A DNA stretch of 64,000 nucleotides from Chloroflexota bacterium (lineage in GTDB: Bacteria; Chloroflexota; UBA11872), in NCBI GenBank assembly GCA_963667925.1, contig OY764080.1, positions 2,961,310 to 3,025,309 on the forward strand, in the 5' to 3' direction. A model generated the notes under the pieces. The model worked only from the letters and a program-made list of their open reading frames with translations. It searched no databases and was not told the origin of the DNA. The position numbers and the translations under genes are program-made. Of this stretch, positions 37,902 to 48,265 are shown one piece after another; the first letter of the stretch is position 1, and every line of letters starts with the position of its first letter.

Positions 37902-39116
37902 TCAGGCCCCTTCGATCCAGGCGTCCAGCGCCTCGGCGGCGTCGATCACGTACATCTGGCGGCTGCCTTCGTGAACGGAGTCAATGCAGACCTGCCCGCC
38001 GTCACGGCTCCAGCGCGGATGCAGGTCGCAGCGGACGGGGCCAGCGTAGCGCGGCGGGGAGTGGAAGCGGCCAAGCTCCAGGGCGCGTTCGGTGGCTTCG
38101 TCGTAGATCAGCAGGCGGCGCAGGCCGTTGGAATCCGGTTGGGTGTCCATGAGGACGAAACGGCCGCCGGGACGGTAGCTGCAGTGGCCATCGGGCGGGA
38201 GGACGACGCGTCCGACGGGGCGGGCCTGGTTGGCGGCGAGGTCAAGCAGCCAGAAGCCCATTTGGCCTGCTCTGGATTCCGGGTCGTCCGGCACGTCCCT
38301 GGGAATCGCCGAGAACAGAATCTCCGTGGGCGAACGCCAGCACATGTGGGAGGCGCGGGTGGGCCAGATTTCGCGGACTGACCCGTCGGCGATGCCCAGC
38401 AGCATGAAGCGGGTGCGAAAGCGCGGGGCGCGGGGCGGCCACCAGCGGTGGACGAACATTGCGTGGGCATCGTCGGGACTGAAGATCAGGTGGTTGACCC
38501 AGTTGACCGCGCCGTGCATGGACGGGTGTGGTCGAACGGAGGCGATTTCGTCCAGCGAGACTGCTAGCTCGGCGGTGCCGCTGTGCAAGTCGACGAGGTA
38601 GATGCCGTCATCGTTGGGATGGTCCACGCCTTCCCAGGGATCGGGGAGGCCGGGATAGCCGACCTCGGGGCGGACGCGCAGGCGGGCGAAGTTGAGGCTG
38701 AGGGCCTGGCGCTGGTCGTGGCTGACGGCGGCGATTGGGCGGTCGAGGACTCGGGATGCTCCGGACTCGATGTCGGTGACACGGGCCACGTAGCGCTCGT
38801 TATGGCAGTCGTTGTGGACGATAGTGGTCGGTCCGTGTTTCGGGAGCCAGTGGAGCATGGCGCCCTGTTGCCAGGACCAGGTTCGCGTCTTCGCGACGGG
38901 GCGGAAGCGGCAGTCGTCTTCGAGGTCGATTGTGCCGATGGTGGCCGGGTCATCGGCCGTGGGGATCTCCACGTCGAGGTTCACGCGCTGGGTCAGCAGG
39001 AACCGGCCGGACACGTCCCACGAGGGCATGTCGTAGTAGCCGAAGAAGTGACTGGCCGGGCCCGAGGTGACCCGGCGAATCGTCACGCCACGCGCGGCCT
39101 GGATCTGGGCGCTCAC
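37902..39116 (-). CDS. hypothetical beta-propeller-like protein (TolB/oligogalacturonide-lyase-like); start uncertain
   Basis: C-terminal RCDLHPRWSRDGGQVCIDS PD40-like blade. An alternative start at 39221 (ORF track) would overlap the upstream gene by 52 nt and is Arg-rich. Confidence 0.45.
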   Translation of the reverse strand: MSAQIQAARGVTIRRVTSGPASHFFGYYDMPSWDVSGRFLLTQRVNLDVEIPTADDPATIGTIDLEDDCRFRPVAKTRTWSWQQGAMLHWLPKHGPTTIVHNDCHNERYVARVTDIESGASRVLDRPIAAVSHDQRQALSLNFARLRVRPEVGYPGLPDPWEGVDHPNDDGIYLVDLHSGTAELAVSLDEIASVRPHPSMHGAVNWVNHLIFSPDDAHAMFVHRWWPPRAPRFRTRFMLLGIADGSVREIWPTRASHMCWRSPTEILFSAIPRDVPDDPESRAGQMGFWLLDLAANQARPVGRVVLPPDGHCSYRPGGRFVLMDTQPDSNGLRRLLIYDEATERALELGRFHSPPRYAGPVRCDLHPRWSRDGGQVCIDSVHEGSRQMYVIDAAEALDAWIEGA

Positions 39117-39169
39117 GTATGGAGTCCTGAGCCTCGGGCAGGCGGATTCTAGCCGGAGGCCACGCTTGC

Positions 39170-40627
39170 CTACTCGCCATAGAGCGTGGTGCGTGGGAAG
39201 TAGCTGACCCAGCCGAACCAATAGGCGAGATGGCCGCCGAGGCGATCAAGCGTCTGGCCGTCGGGCCCGACCAGGGCGTCCTCGGTGATCTGCCAGAGGC
39301 GTCCCTGGGCATCGCGCACCTGCTCGGCGCCCTCGGTGGGCTCGAAGGTCTGGTCGCCGCGTTGGTAGGCGCGGATTTCGGCGCCGGCGTCCCAGACGAC
39401 CGGGCCAGCCCTGCGGTCGATGCCAACGCCCTTGAGGTTGGGGCCGCCGGCAATGACCACGATCGGCGTGTCGCCCACCTGATCGTTGACGACGCGCTCT
39501 TCAACTACGTCGGTGGTGGCGAGGGCGTGCGGGTGGCCATCGATGTGGAGGGCGAAGATGCGGGCCTTGTCGGGCAGGCGCTGGGCGGGATCGCCCGCGG
39601 GGAACATTGTTTGGGGACTGGCGAAGTAGCCGCCGTAGGGGTTGCCGGGGGTGTAGTCGCGCAGGTGGCCGGTTTCCAGGCTGAGCACCTGGGTGTCGGG
39701 ATGGCGCTCGTGCCAGGACTGCCAGGTGGTCACGACGACCGGGAGCCGCTTGAGCTCAATGGAACCGTCGGCCAGCCTGCCGAGGACGGGCTCGCCGGTG
39801 AGCTGGTTCCAGAGCGTGTAGGTGGTGCGGTCGTACATGAGCTTGTTGCTGCGCATGAGGAAGCCAGACGAGCCGAACTCGTAGGTGGCGTCGCCGACGC
39901 GGGTATCAAAGAGCACGCCGGCACCGCAGAGGGTGCAGTACGCGAGGGCCACGGGGACGCCGCCGACGACGTCGTTGGCCATCTCGTGCCAGTCGAGGAT
40001 GCGGAGCGGGTAGGCGCGGGCGTCGCCGTTGATCTCGACGCCGAAGACCAGTTCGGTGGGGGTGATGTAGTCGGCGTCCGCCGCGGGCAGCATGCGGGCG
40101 TTGACGAGGGCCGGGATGCCGTCGAGGGCAACGCCGCCCCAGACGACCTCTTCAACGCGAATCTGAGAGGGGGCGTCCTCGCGGAAGAAGGACGGGAACT
40201 CCTCGTCGATGCGGCTGTAGATGCGGCCTTTCCAGGTGCGGAAACCGGGCGGCGGCTCGAGATCGGTGGTGGCGTACCAGTTCACCCAGTCGGGCCAGGG
40301 CTGCTCGGGGATGCCGGTGAGTTGGCTGAGTGCCCGAATGGCCGGGGCCGGTTCGCCGGGCAGGATGCCGATTTCCTGGGCGCGCAGGACTTCAATCAGG
40401 ACTGAGACGAAGCGCTGGTCGCCGCTGGCGCCGGCTTCCGCGATGGCCGCTTCGAGCTCATCAAGGCTGGTCGTTGATCGGAAAGTCGTGAACATGCGTG
40501 TTGCCAGGTCGTCCTCGCCGGCCTGAGCTTCCGACTGCTCGGCGGGCTCGGGCTCACAGGCGGCAAGCAGGCCGGTCATTGCGGCCAGGACAAGCGCGCG
40601 CCGCCGGGTTAGTTGAGGAGCCTTCAT
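39170..40627 (-). CDS. DUF3179-family lipoprotein (Tat signal)
   Basis: TRRRALVLAAMTGLLAAC; DUF3179 hallmarks DGIPAL, YPLRILDWHE, YCTLCGAG, LMYDR.T.TLW.QLTGE, AYWFGWVSYFP. Confidence 0.65.
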   Translation of the reverse strand: MKAPQLTRRRALVLAAMTGLLAACEPEPAEQSEAQAGEDDLATRMFTTFRSTTSLDELEAAIAEAGASGDQRFVSVLIEVLRAQEIGILPGEPAPAIRALSQLTGIPEQPWPDWVNWYATTDLEPPPGFRTWKGRIYSRIDEEFPSFFREDAPSQIRVEEVVWGGVALDGIPALVNARMLPAADADYITPTELVFGVEINGDARAYPLRILDWHEMANDVVGGVPVALAYCTLCGAGVLFDTRVGDATYEFGSSGFLMRSNKLMYDRTTYTLWNQLTGEPVLGRLADGSIELKRLPVVVTTWQSWHERHPDTQVLSLETGHLRDYTPGNPYGGYFASPQTMFPAGDPAQRLPDKARIFALHIDGHPHALATTDVVEERVVNDQVGDTPIVVIAGGPNLKGVGIDRRAGPVVWDAGAEIRAYQRGDQTFEPTEGAEQVRDAQGRLWQITEDALVGPDGQTLDRLGGHLAYWFGWVSYFPRTTLYGE

Positions 40628-40774
40628 TCGTTCGATCCGCGAATCGGTGGCTGCCCTCAGCTTAGGGGCGAGAGTGCGGGCGTGTCGTGCGAATGGCCAC
40701 ACACAGTCGGGCCGGCCGCGCGTGCCTTAGGCTGAGCGGCGGTTGAAAGGCAGAGCAGGGACGAGGATTCGAGC

Positions 40775-41539
40775 ATGCGGCTCGCAAATCGCGTCATCGG
40801 AATCACTGGCGGCGCCTCGGGTATCGGGCGGGCCTGCGCGCTGGCGGCGGCGGCCGAGGGCGCCGACCTGGCGCTGGGAGACATCAACGCCGATGGGTTG
40901 GACGAGACGGCGGCCGAAATCCAGGACATGGGGCGGCGGGCCGTGACGCGGATCGTCGACGTGACCACGGACGACGACCAGGAAGCGCTGGTGGAGCTGG
41001 CGGTCAGCGAGCTTGGCGGGCTGGACGGTTGGGTTGGCAGCGCCGGCACCGGATCCGGCCAGTTTGCGCTGGAGCACACGCGGGCGGAATGGCGGCGGGT
41101 GATGGACGTGAACGTGGAGGGCGTGTTCTTTGGCGCGCAGGCCGCGGGACGGCACATGGTGGCGAACGGCAGCGGCTCGATCGTGAACGTGGCCTCGATG
41201 TACGGGCAACGCGCGGTGAAGCAGCGGGCGGCGTACTGCACCTCGAAGGCGTCGGTGGTGATGCTGACGCAGGTGCTTGCGCTGGAGTTGGCGGAGCACG
41301 GGGTCAGGGTCAACGCGCTGGCGCCGGGCTATACGGATACGCCGCTGTTCAACGCTGGCAAGGAGCGCGACAGCGTTGAGATTGACCGCCTGATTTCGCA
41401 CGTTCCGTTCAAGCGCCTGGCCGTACCTGAGGAGATCGCGGCCGCGGCGATCTTCCTGCTGTCGGACGAGTCCGGCTTTGTAACCGGTCACATCCTGACG
41501 GTGGACGGCGGGTGGGTCGCGCACGGGCCGCGCGAGTAG
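40775..41539 (+). CDS. SDR-family oxidoreductase
   Basis: TGGASGIGRA cofactor motif, NVAS and YxxxK (YCTSK) catalytic residues. Confidence 0.9.
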   Translation: MRLANRVIGITGGASGIGRACALAAAAEGADLALGDINADGLDETAAEIQDMGRRAVTRIVDVTTDDDQEALVELAVSELGGLDGWVGSAGTGSGQFALEHTRAEWRRVMDVNVEGVFFGAQAAGRHMVANGSGSIVNVASMYGQRAVKQRAAYCTSKASVVMLTQVLALELAEHGVRVNALAPGYTDTPLFNAGKERDSVEIDRLISHVPFKRLAVPEEIAAAAIFLLSDESGFVTGHILTVDGGWVAHGPRE

Positions 41540-41557
41540 CCGCCAATCGAGCGCCGA

Positions 41558-42229
41558 ATGCCTGACGACTTCTTTGACCTTGTGCAGGCGGGCGACGTCG
41601 CGGCGGTGACGGCTCGGATTGCCAGCGATCCCAAGGCCATTCGCGACAGGAATGCCCAGGGACTTTCGCCGATTCAGACGGCATTTTTCATGGGTCGGCA
41701 CGCGGTGGTTACGGCGCTGCTGGCGGCTGAGCCTGAGCTGGATGCCTTTGAGGCGGCGATTGTGGGCGATGCGGGGCAGCTGGCGGCGCGGTTGGATGAC
41801 GATGCCGGTCTCCTGACCGCCTATTCGCCCGACGGTTGGACGCTGATGCACCTGGCGCCGTGGGCGGGGCAGCCTGAGACGACGCGTCTGCTGCTGAGCC
41901 GGGGCGCGGATTTGACGGCGGAAAGCAAGAACCCGCTGAACAACCAGCCGCTGAATGCCGCGGTGGCAGGACCGAACGCCGAGACACGGACGGCTTGCGT
42001 CCGGCAACTGCTGGAGGCCGGGGCGGACGCGAATAGTCGGCAGGCGCGTGGGAACACGCCGCTGCACACCTCGGCGCATCTGGGAGACGCCGCCAGTGTC
42101 GAGGCGTTGCTGGCACACGGCGCGGATGTAGGTCTGCGGTCGGACGACGGGAAGTCGGCCGCCGACTACGCGCGCGACGGCGGCCACGAGGAGTTGGCGC
42201 GGCGTCTGGAGGCTGCTGAGCCACGGTGA
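41558..42229 (+). CDS. ankyrin-repeat protein
   Basis: DGWTLMHLAPWAG, GADLTA, GNTPLHTSAHLGDAASVEALLAHGADV. Confidence 0.8.
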   Translation: MPDDFFDLVQAGDVAAVTARIASDPKAIRDRNAQGLSPIQTAFFMGRHAVVTALLAAEPELDAFEAAIVGDAGQLAARLDDDAGLLTAYSPDGWTLMHLAPWAGQPETTRLLLSRGADLTAESKNPLNNQPLNAAVAGPNAETRTACVRQLLEAGADANSRQARGNTPLHTSAHLGDAASVEALLAHGADVGLRSDDGKSAADYARDGGHEELARRLEAAEPR

Positions 42230-42804
42230 AGCGCTTGCGGACTCCACGTCGTCTGAATGGCTCAGACGCCAGCTTCATTGCTGGCTTGAAGACTCGGGCG
42301 GAGGAGTTCAACCACGAGATGTTTAGCGGCAGCCTTCCGCTCATGAGTGTCGATTTCCTGCCATCCGCCGCCGTGCGCCAGCTTGGGTCGGTCCGAACGA
42401 ATGCGGACCGGTCGGCCTTTGTCATGCGAATTGCCCGTCTGCTGGACGGGCCGGCCGGCGATGCCACCGTGGAGGGCTCGCGGTTCAACCTGCGCGACGA
42501 GGTACTGGTGCATGAGCTTGTGCACGTGGAGCAGTTCATCAGCGCGCCGGATGAGCGGCCGCACGGGCCGTGGTTTCGCGAGCGAATGCGGGCGATCGGG
42601 GCACGTCCACGGGCTTGTCCGACCGTGCAGTTGGTGGTGAACGGCCGATGGCTGTACCGCTGTCCGGCCGGTCATGAGGTGGCGCGCCTGCGGCGCTACG
42701 GCCGGCGGCGGGTAAGTTGTCGACGCTGCGATCCGCGGGCCTACAACCCGAGGCATCGCCTGCGACTTGTAGGGGAAATCACGTCAAGGAGCGGCGCAGA
42801 GTAG
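42226..42804 (+). CDS. SprT-like zinc-metallopeptidase domain protein
   Basis: HELVHV HExxH motif followed by a Cys-rich zinc ribbon (CPAGH...CRRC). Confidence 0.65.
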   Translation: MKRLRTPRRLNGSDASFIAGLKTRAEEFNHEMFSGSLPLMSVDFLPSAAVRQLGSVRTNADRSAFVMRIARLLDGPAGDATVEGSRFNLRDEVLVHELVHVEQFISAPDERPHGPWFRERMRAIGARPRACPTVQLVVNGRWLYRCPAGHEVARLRRYGRRRVSCRRCDPRAYNPRHRLRLVGEITSRSGAE

Positions 42805-42883
42805 ATTAATGGAGTGAGCGTATCCGGCTGTGGCACCGAGACGACGAGTTCAACCACAGGCCGGAGGGCAGGAGGGCGCTGAC

Positions 42884-43651
42884 ATGTCGATGCGACGAGT
42901 CATTTTTGCCGGAGGCGGGGTTGGGGCCATTGTTGCGGTTGCGGTGGGGTGGTGGCTGATTTCGCCGCTATTCGTGAGCAACGTTGTGGACGAGGCCTTT
43001 CCGTTCGAGATGCCGGAGTCGGCGGCCATGGCGAGCATGCCGGCTGAAGAGAAGCAGCAGTTGAAGGCCGAGTTTGACGCGGCCATGCCGAGCACCGAGA
43101 CCATCGAGTCTCTGAGTGCCGAAGACCGGGCGCAGGTCCAGGAGCGGGTGATGGACGTAGCGGCCAAGATGCCGGACACGGTGATGGAAGAGCCCATGCC
43201 GGCCGGCCTGGCGGGGGTGGCGATTGCCGCGATGCCGGCAGCGACAGCGACCGCAACCGCGGCAGCAACCGCGACGGCGGCGCCCGAACCCACGGCCATG
43301 CCCGACACCGGGCCTGCCGCGGTGGCCATGGGGATGTTCATGGACGCCGACGACTTCCACCGGGGTTCCGGCTCGGCCACGATGTTCCGCGGGCCGGACG
43401 GTAGTCACATCCTGCGGTTCGAGGACTTCATGGTGACCAACGGGCCGGCGCTGAGCGTGTTGATCTCAAAGGCCGAAGGGATCACCAGCAGCGAAAACCT
43501 GGGCGAGTACCTGGACCTGGGGCCGCTGAAGGGAAACGTGGGGAACCAGAACTACGAGGTTCCGGACGGGACGGACGTGAGTGAATACAAGACCGTGGTG
43601 ATCTACTGCGTGCCGTTCCACGTCGTGTTCGCCACCGCGCCGCTCGCCTAG
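42884..43651 (+). CDS. DM13-domain protein with N-terminal TM anchor
   Basis: C-terminal GSGSATMFRGPDGSHILRFEDFMVTNGPALSVLI...NYEVP...VVIYCVPFHVVFA; likely ATG at 42884. Confidence 0.65.
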   Translation: MSMRRVIFAGGGVGAIVAVAVGWWLISPLFVSNVVDEAFPFEMPESAAMASMPAEEKQQLKAEFDAAMPSTETIESLSAEDRAQVQERVMDVAAKMPDTVMEEPMPAGLAGVAIAAMPAATATATAAATATAAPEPTAMPDTGPAAVAMGMFMDADDFHRGSGSATMFRGPDGSHILRFEDFMVTNGPALSVLISKAEGITSSENLGEYLDLGPLKGNVGNQNYEVPDGTDVSEYKTVVIYCVPFHVVFATAPLA

Positions 43652-43675
43652 CGAGCGGCCGCGGTGGGCGGCGGT

Positions 43676-44146
43676 TCAGGCGGCTTCGACGAGCTCCTTG
43701 AGCTTGCGGAGTTGCTTGCGGCCGAGGTACCTGGTGAACCAGCCGAACAGCACGCCCATGAGGCGGAAGAACCAGGAGGACGAGTTCACGTCGCACACGT
43801 TGACGACTTCGGTGCCGCCGTTGGCCGAGGTGAGGTGGTACTCAACGACCATCGAGTAGGAGCCGCCGGACACCTGCGAGCCCCAGGCCCTGGGCGGGTC
43901 GTAGGTGGTGATCTCACCGTGGTACTCGGTTATGCGGCCGCCTTCGCGGATGCGCTGGGTGAAGGTGGTGCCAACCGGGTTGTCGGGATCGAAGTCGGAG
44001 GTGTAGTCGAAGGTCTCCATGCCCTCGGCCCACTCGCCGCGGCGGGTGTTGTCGGCCAGGAGCTCGAAGACGGCCTCGGGCGAGGCTTCGATCTGGATGC
44101 GTGCGATTTCCTGCATGGGTGGGGGCCGGGTGAATGGGGCGATCAT
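43676..44146 (-). CDS. SRPBCC (polyketide-cyclase/START-like) protein
   Basis: ASPEAVFELLADNTRRGEWA motif typical of Polyketide_cyc2. Confidence 0.7.
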   Translation of the reverse strand: MIAPFTRPPPMQEIARIQIEASPEAVFELLADNTRRGEWAEGMETFDYTSDFDPDNPVGTTFTQRIREGGRITEYHGEITTYDPPRAWGSQVSGGSYSMVVEYHLTSANGGTEVVNVCDVNSSSWFFRLMGVLFGWFTRYLGRKQLRKLKELVEAA

Positions 44147-44250
44147 TCTGGCATGCGGACGGAGAGCGTAGAGTTGGCTTCGCTACGGTGTGAGTCAGAC
44201 GCAGGACCAACGGGTATGGACTCGGCGATTCCGGCTCACCGAGCGCCGTA

Positions 44251-45159
44251 ATGCGAGGTTCGTGGGGCGTGGGGTCGCGCTACGCAGCTCGCGGATTGGC
44301 GACGCTGCGGGTCACGCCGCTCGTGATCGCGGCGATCATGGTGCTGTTTTCGCTGCCGGCGGCCGGGGTGATCTGGATCACCGCCGTCGACCTGCCGGAG
44401 GGCTTCGGGCGAACGGCCGGCACGACAGTGTTGAACTTGCTGTCGGGCACGGTTGCACCAGTGATGTTTATGAAAGCCGTGGCGGCGGCGCACGAGGGGC
44501 GGCGTCCGGGACTGTGGCGGCACCTGGAGGACGGCACGCGCTGGTTGCCGCGGTACATCTGGACCAATCTGCACACGACAGTGATCTTCTGGGTGCCGGT
44601 GGGGATCCTGACGCTGGGGCTGATCAGCTACCAGCGGACCGCCTTTGCGGAGTCGTTCCCGGGTGGGCTGGTCTCGGTTCTATGGATCGTGGTGATCGGG
44701 GGGATCGGGATTTACTTGCATTCGCGGACGTTGCTGGCGCCGTTTATCGCGGTGCATGGGAACGTGCCGGGCTCGCTGGCGACGCTGGAGTCGTGGCGGG
44801 TGAGCGGACGCGTGTTTGGGCCAGTGCTTGCCACGTTCGTGATCACGGCGGGCCCGCTTGCGGTGCCGCTGGCGGCGGTGTTCATGGGGTTCTACCTCAC
44901 GTTGACAGGGCCGGCGCTGGAGGTGTTTATCGCGACACTGGCGGCGCAGGTGTGGATTGCGATCAAGTTGATCCGGCCGCCGCTGGTGGCGGCGACGTAT
45001 GCGCTGTACATGGAGGTGTGGCCGGGCGAGTTGGAGCGACGCGCTCAGCAGGGGCATCCGGCTACGCCGACCCTGGTGCGCTGGCTGATTGACGTGTCGT
45101 GGTGGCCGCCGCGGGTGGCGGCGGCGATGTTCCGAAGGCCGGTGAGCGGTCCGCTGTAG
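44251..45159 (+). CDS. hypothetical integral membrane protein
   Basis: Multiple hydrophobic helices; no domain recognised. Confidence 0.45.
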   Translation: MRGSWGVGSRYAARGLATLRVTPLVIAAIMVLFSLPAAGVIWITAVDLPEGFGRTAGTTVLNLLSGTVAPVMFMKAVAAAHEGRRPGLWRHLEDGTRWLPRYIWTNLHTTVIFWVPVGILTLGLISYQRTAFAESFPGGLVSVLWIVVIGGIGIYLHSRTLLAPFIAVHGNVPGSLATLESWRVSGRVFGPVLATFVITAGPLAVPLAAVFMGFYLTLTGPALEVFIATLAAQVWIAIKLIRPPLVAATYALYMEVWPGELERRAQQGHPATPTLVRWLIDVSWWPPRVAAAMFRRPVSGPL

Positions 45160-45229
45160 CGCCTCTGGTGCGTGACAGGGGAGTGGGAACGGGCGAGAAT
45201 CAGCGCACGCGGACATTGACGAGCCGGGA

Positions 45230-46207
45230 TTGGGCATGCGCCTCGACAGCGAGCAACTGGCGTTCTTCAAGCACGAGGGGTACCTGGTGGTGCCCGGCGC
45301 GCTGGATCCGGTGGGTCTGCAGCCGGCGATCGACGAAATCACCGAGGCCATTGATGGGCACGCCGCCGAGGCGGTGGCCCGTGGCGATTTGAGCCACACC
45401 TACGCCGATGAGCCCTTTGAGACACGGCTGTGGAAGATTCACCAGGAGTACGAGGATCTGTACTGGTCGGTGATCTACGGACAGTTGCAGGGGCACGGGA
45501 TCTTCGCGCTGGTGTCGAACGAGGAGTTGCTGGACCTGGCCGAGTCGATTGTGGGTCCGGAGATCATTGGCTCGGCGGTGTATCGGCTGCGACCCAAGCT
45601 GCCGGGCCACTGGCATGGCGAGGTGCCCTGGCACCAGGACTCGGGCTACTTCGAACCGGTCTGCGACAACGAGCTGATCCTGACGGTCTGGGTCCCGTTT
45701 GTGGACGCGACGGTCGAGCGCGGATGCCTGGAGGTGATGCCGGGCGTGCATACGGGCGGCGTGGTGCGGCACACGCAGCTGGAAGCGGGTGAGGAAGGCC
45801 GGCGCGCTTACCTGGAAATCCTTGAGAACGACTTGCCGGGTGGGCGGGTGGTGGCCACGCCGGTGGATCGCGGCGGGGTGGTTCTGCTGACGAACCGGAC
45901 GCCGCACCGCTCGACGCCGAATCGCAGCGACGTGATCCGCTGGAGCATCGACATCCGCTACCAGAGCGCGGATCTGCCGACAAACTTCCCGCCGCTGGCA
46001 ATGGATCGGAACGGCTCGGCCTCGATTAACGGTGCAGACAGCGCGGATGAGTCGCTGCCCGAAGTGCCACTCACCTGCTATCCACCGGAATCGGACTTCC
46101 TGGTGCGAAGCCGCTCGCGGCCGGAGGCGGTGGTGCGGACCTGGCAGGAGTTCAACGAGATTCGCCGCGCACACCTGCCGGCGGACAGCACGGTGCGCTG
46201 GGACTAG
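45230..46207 (+). CDS. phytanoyl-CoA dioxygenase (PhyH) family protein
   Basis: FKHEGYLVVPGAL, the H-x-D...H 2OG-Fe(II) facial triad context (PWHQDSGY...). Confidence 0.8.
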   Translation: MGMRLDSEQLAFFKHEGYLVVPGALDPVGLQPAIDEITEAIDGHAAEAVARGDLSHTYADEPFETRLWKIHQEYEDLYWSVIYGQLQGHGIFALVSNEELLDLAESIVGPEIIGSAVYRLRPKLPGHWHGEVPWHQDSGYFEPVCDNELILTVWVPFVDATVERGCLEVMPGVHTGGVVRHTQLEAGEEGRRAYLEILENDLPGGRVVATPVDRGGVVLLTNRTPHRSTPNRSDVIRWSIDIRYQSADLPTNFPPLAMDRNGSASINGADSADESLPEVPLTCYPPESDFLVRSRSRPEAVVRTWQEFNEIRRAHLPADSTVRWD

Positions 46208-46262
46208 CCCCCGCTCCGAAGGCAGCGGCCAGCGACTGGCATATCGGGAAAGGAGCAAGGTC

Positions 46263-47225
46263 GTGCACTCTGCATCCGACGCGCGCCGTCGAGAGATCCT
46301 GGCTCAGCGCAGTGCGATGAAGGAGGTGTATGGGGCGGGGCAGGACACGGTGAATCCGCACACGATCGTGCGGGGGCCGGATTGCTGGCACCTGTTCTAT
46401 GGGCCGTGGCCGGGCCGTCAGAACCTCGAGAAGCGGCATGCGACGTCGGATGACCTGGTGGTGTGGACGCGGCAGGCGCCGGTGTTGCTGGCGGGCGGGC
46501 CGGGGGCGTGCGATCACGCGGAGGTCAGCGAGGCGAGCGTGATCGAGCACGAGGGGCGCTGGTACATGATCTACGCGTGCCAACCGCGGCCGGAGGCGAG
46601 CCGGAGATTCTCGCTAGCGGTCTCGGACGACCTGTGGCACTGGGACAAGGTGCCGGGGGACGGCTCGCCGGTGTTCATTCCGCTGCCGGAGTGGTCGGGG
46701 TGGACCGAGGACGGGGTGCTGGAGTGCAAGGACCCGTGGCTGATCCGCTACGAGGACCGGTTCCTGATGTATTTCGTGAGCCAGAACCGCTGGGGCGACT
46801 CGTGCCTGGCGCTGGCGGAATCTTCCGACCTGATTCACTGGGAGGACCGGGGGCCGCTGATGACGTTTCAGCGGATCGAGAACGAGCTGCAGGGTCCCTC
46901 AGGTTTCGAGGTGCCGCGGGTGTTCGAGCGGGACGGCCGCTATTACATCTTCGTGATGAACTTCTGGGGCACTCAGTACGCCAGCGGGGACGACCCGTTT
47001 CACTTTGGCGACTGGACGGTGCTGGGGCCCTGGCACGGGGCGAGCGTGTTCAGCGACGAGCAGGATCGCTGGTTCATTACGCACGCGCTGCGTCCGTTTG
47101 GGCAGCCCTCGACGCGGCTGCGTCCGCTGATCGGGCCGCTGCAGGGCCTGTGCCTGGGCGGGATTGTGTGGAGCGAGGGGGTACCGGTGCCAGTTGATCT
47201 GCAGCATGTGCTGGGGGAGGAGTGA
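46263..47225 (+). CDS. five-bladed beta-propeller glycoside-hydrolase-like protein (GH43/GH32/GH130-type, uncertain)
   Basis: GGAAAGGAG SD before the GTG at 46263; repeated W..Y.....GD/DPW blade motifs (RWYMIYAC, DPWLIRYEDRFLMYF, GRYYIFVMNFWG). Confidence 0.5.
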   Translation: MHSASDARRREILAQRSAMKEVYGAGQDTVNPHTIVRGPDCWHLFYGPWPGRQNLEKRHATSDDLVVWTRQAPVLLAGGPGACDHAEVSEASVIEHEGRWYMIYACQPRPEASRRFSLAVSDDLWHWDKVPGDGSPVFIPLPEWSGWTEDGVLECKDPWLIRYEDRFLMYFVSQNRWGDSCLALAESSDLIHWEDRGPLMTFQRIENELQGPSGFEVPRVFERDGRYYIFVMNFWGTQYASGDDPFHFGDWTVLGPWHGASVFSDEQDRWFITHALRPFGQPSTRLRPLIGPLQGLCLGGIVWSEGVPVPVDLQHVLGEE

Positions 47226-47439
47226 GAGAAGAGGCGGAGACGAGGGAACGAGAGGGGACTGCCTGGGAGGGTTGGTTGCCGGGAGATGTGGTTCGTCACG
47301 GCCCGCCGAAGGCTCTGGGCCGGCTGACCACGAACGGGGTGGACGTGAGACCTCGACCGGAGGACCCCTCACCGATTTCCGCCGAGGACGGCGGAATCCT
47401 TCGGCAGGCTCAGGACAGATTCTGCCTCTCCCCTCGGAG

Positions 47440-47525
47440 AGACTTTTGCGTAACTCAGCGGTGGTTGCCCGGAAGACCCTCACCCCAACCCTCTCCCACG
47501 GGGAGAGGGAGCAAGAGCGACCGCA
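47440..47525 (+). repeat. REP-like hairpin repeat (long unit, TTTTGCGTAACTCAGCGGTGGTTGCCCGGAAGACCCTCACCCCAACCCTCTCCCACGGGGAGAGGG)
   Basis: Same family as 18250-20100; degenerate partial copies at about 47375-47440 and 47540-47575. Confidence 0.7.
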
Positions 47526-47773
47526 CCGTTGGGGGCGCGGGACCGTTTTGCAAAGGTCTCTCGGAGAGGGTGAAGAGCGGCGGCCCGGGCAATCAGATAG
47601 CGGCCTAGGGCGGTGGAATGGGGGATGGTTGCGCGGACGACGGGCGGGTCGGGGACCGCGCTCCCACGCACGGCACGAGCGGGGATGGCGGAGGGGACGC
47701 TAGCCAGTGTGCCGGAAAGGCGTCACACTCACGTGGCTCAACTGGGACGGTCTAGACGAAGGGAATAGTCACG

Positions 47774-48061
47774 ATGAAGGGCTATGTGGTCATTGACACC
47801 GAGGTCATCGACGCCGAGGCGTACGCGGAGTTTGTCGAGCAGGTGCCCGCGGCCCTTGCCGCGCATGGCGGACGGTTTCTGGTGCGCACCAGCGACGCCG
47901 AGACGATCGAGGGCGACTGGGCGCCGAAGCGCCTGGTGATCGTGGAGTTCGACAATGTCGAAGCGGCTCGGGGTTTCATTGGCACCGCCTATTCCGGGGC
48001 CCTGGGCGACCTGCGCCGGCAGGCGACGAAGTCCAAGATTGTGGTCGCTGAAGGGATGTAA
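47774..48061 (+). CDS. DUF1330 family protein
   Basis: MKGYVVIDTEVIDAEAY...FLVRTSDAETIEGDW...RLVIVEFDNVEAARGF typical of DUF1330. Confidence 0.8.
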   Translation: MKGYVVIDTEVIDAEAYAEFVEQVPAALAAHGGRFLVRTSDAETIEGDWAPKRLVIVEFDNVEAARGFIGTAYSGALGDLRRQATKSKIVVAEGM

Positions 48062-48265
48062 CCCGGGGAGTGAGCGAGGACGGGGACGAAGACGGGTCTA
48101 CCGATTCGACAGGTTGAGGGCAGGCTCGACATGAATGGCGACGGGCGGCCGGGGGGTGAGTACGGGTCTGAACGTGCCTGGCTGTGCCGATTGCTTCGAT
48201 TGATTGGTGGCGGCCGATTCCAGAAGCTGTCTGACGTGGAGAACGTCCTGGTGATTGGGTAGCGG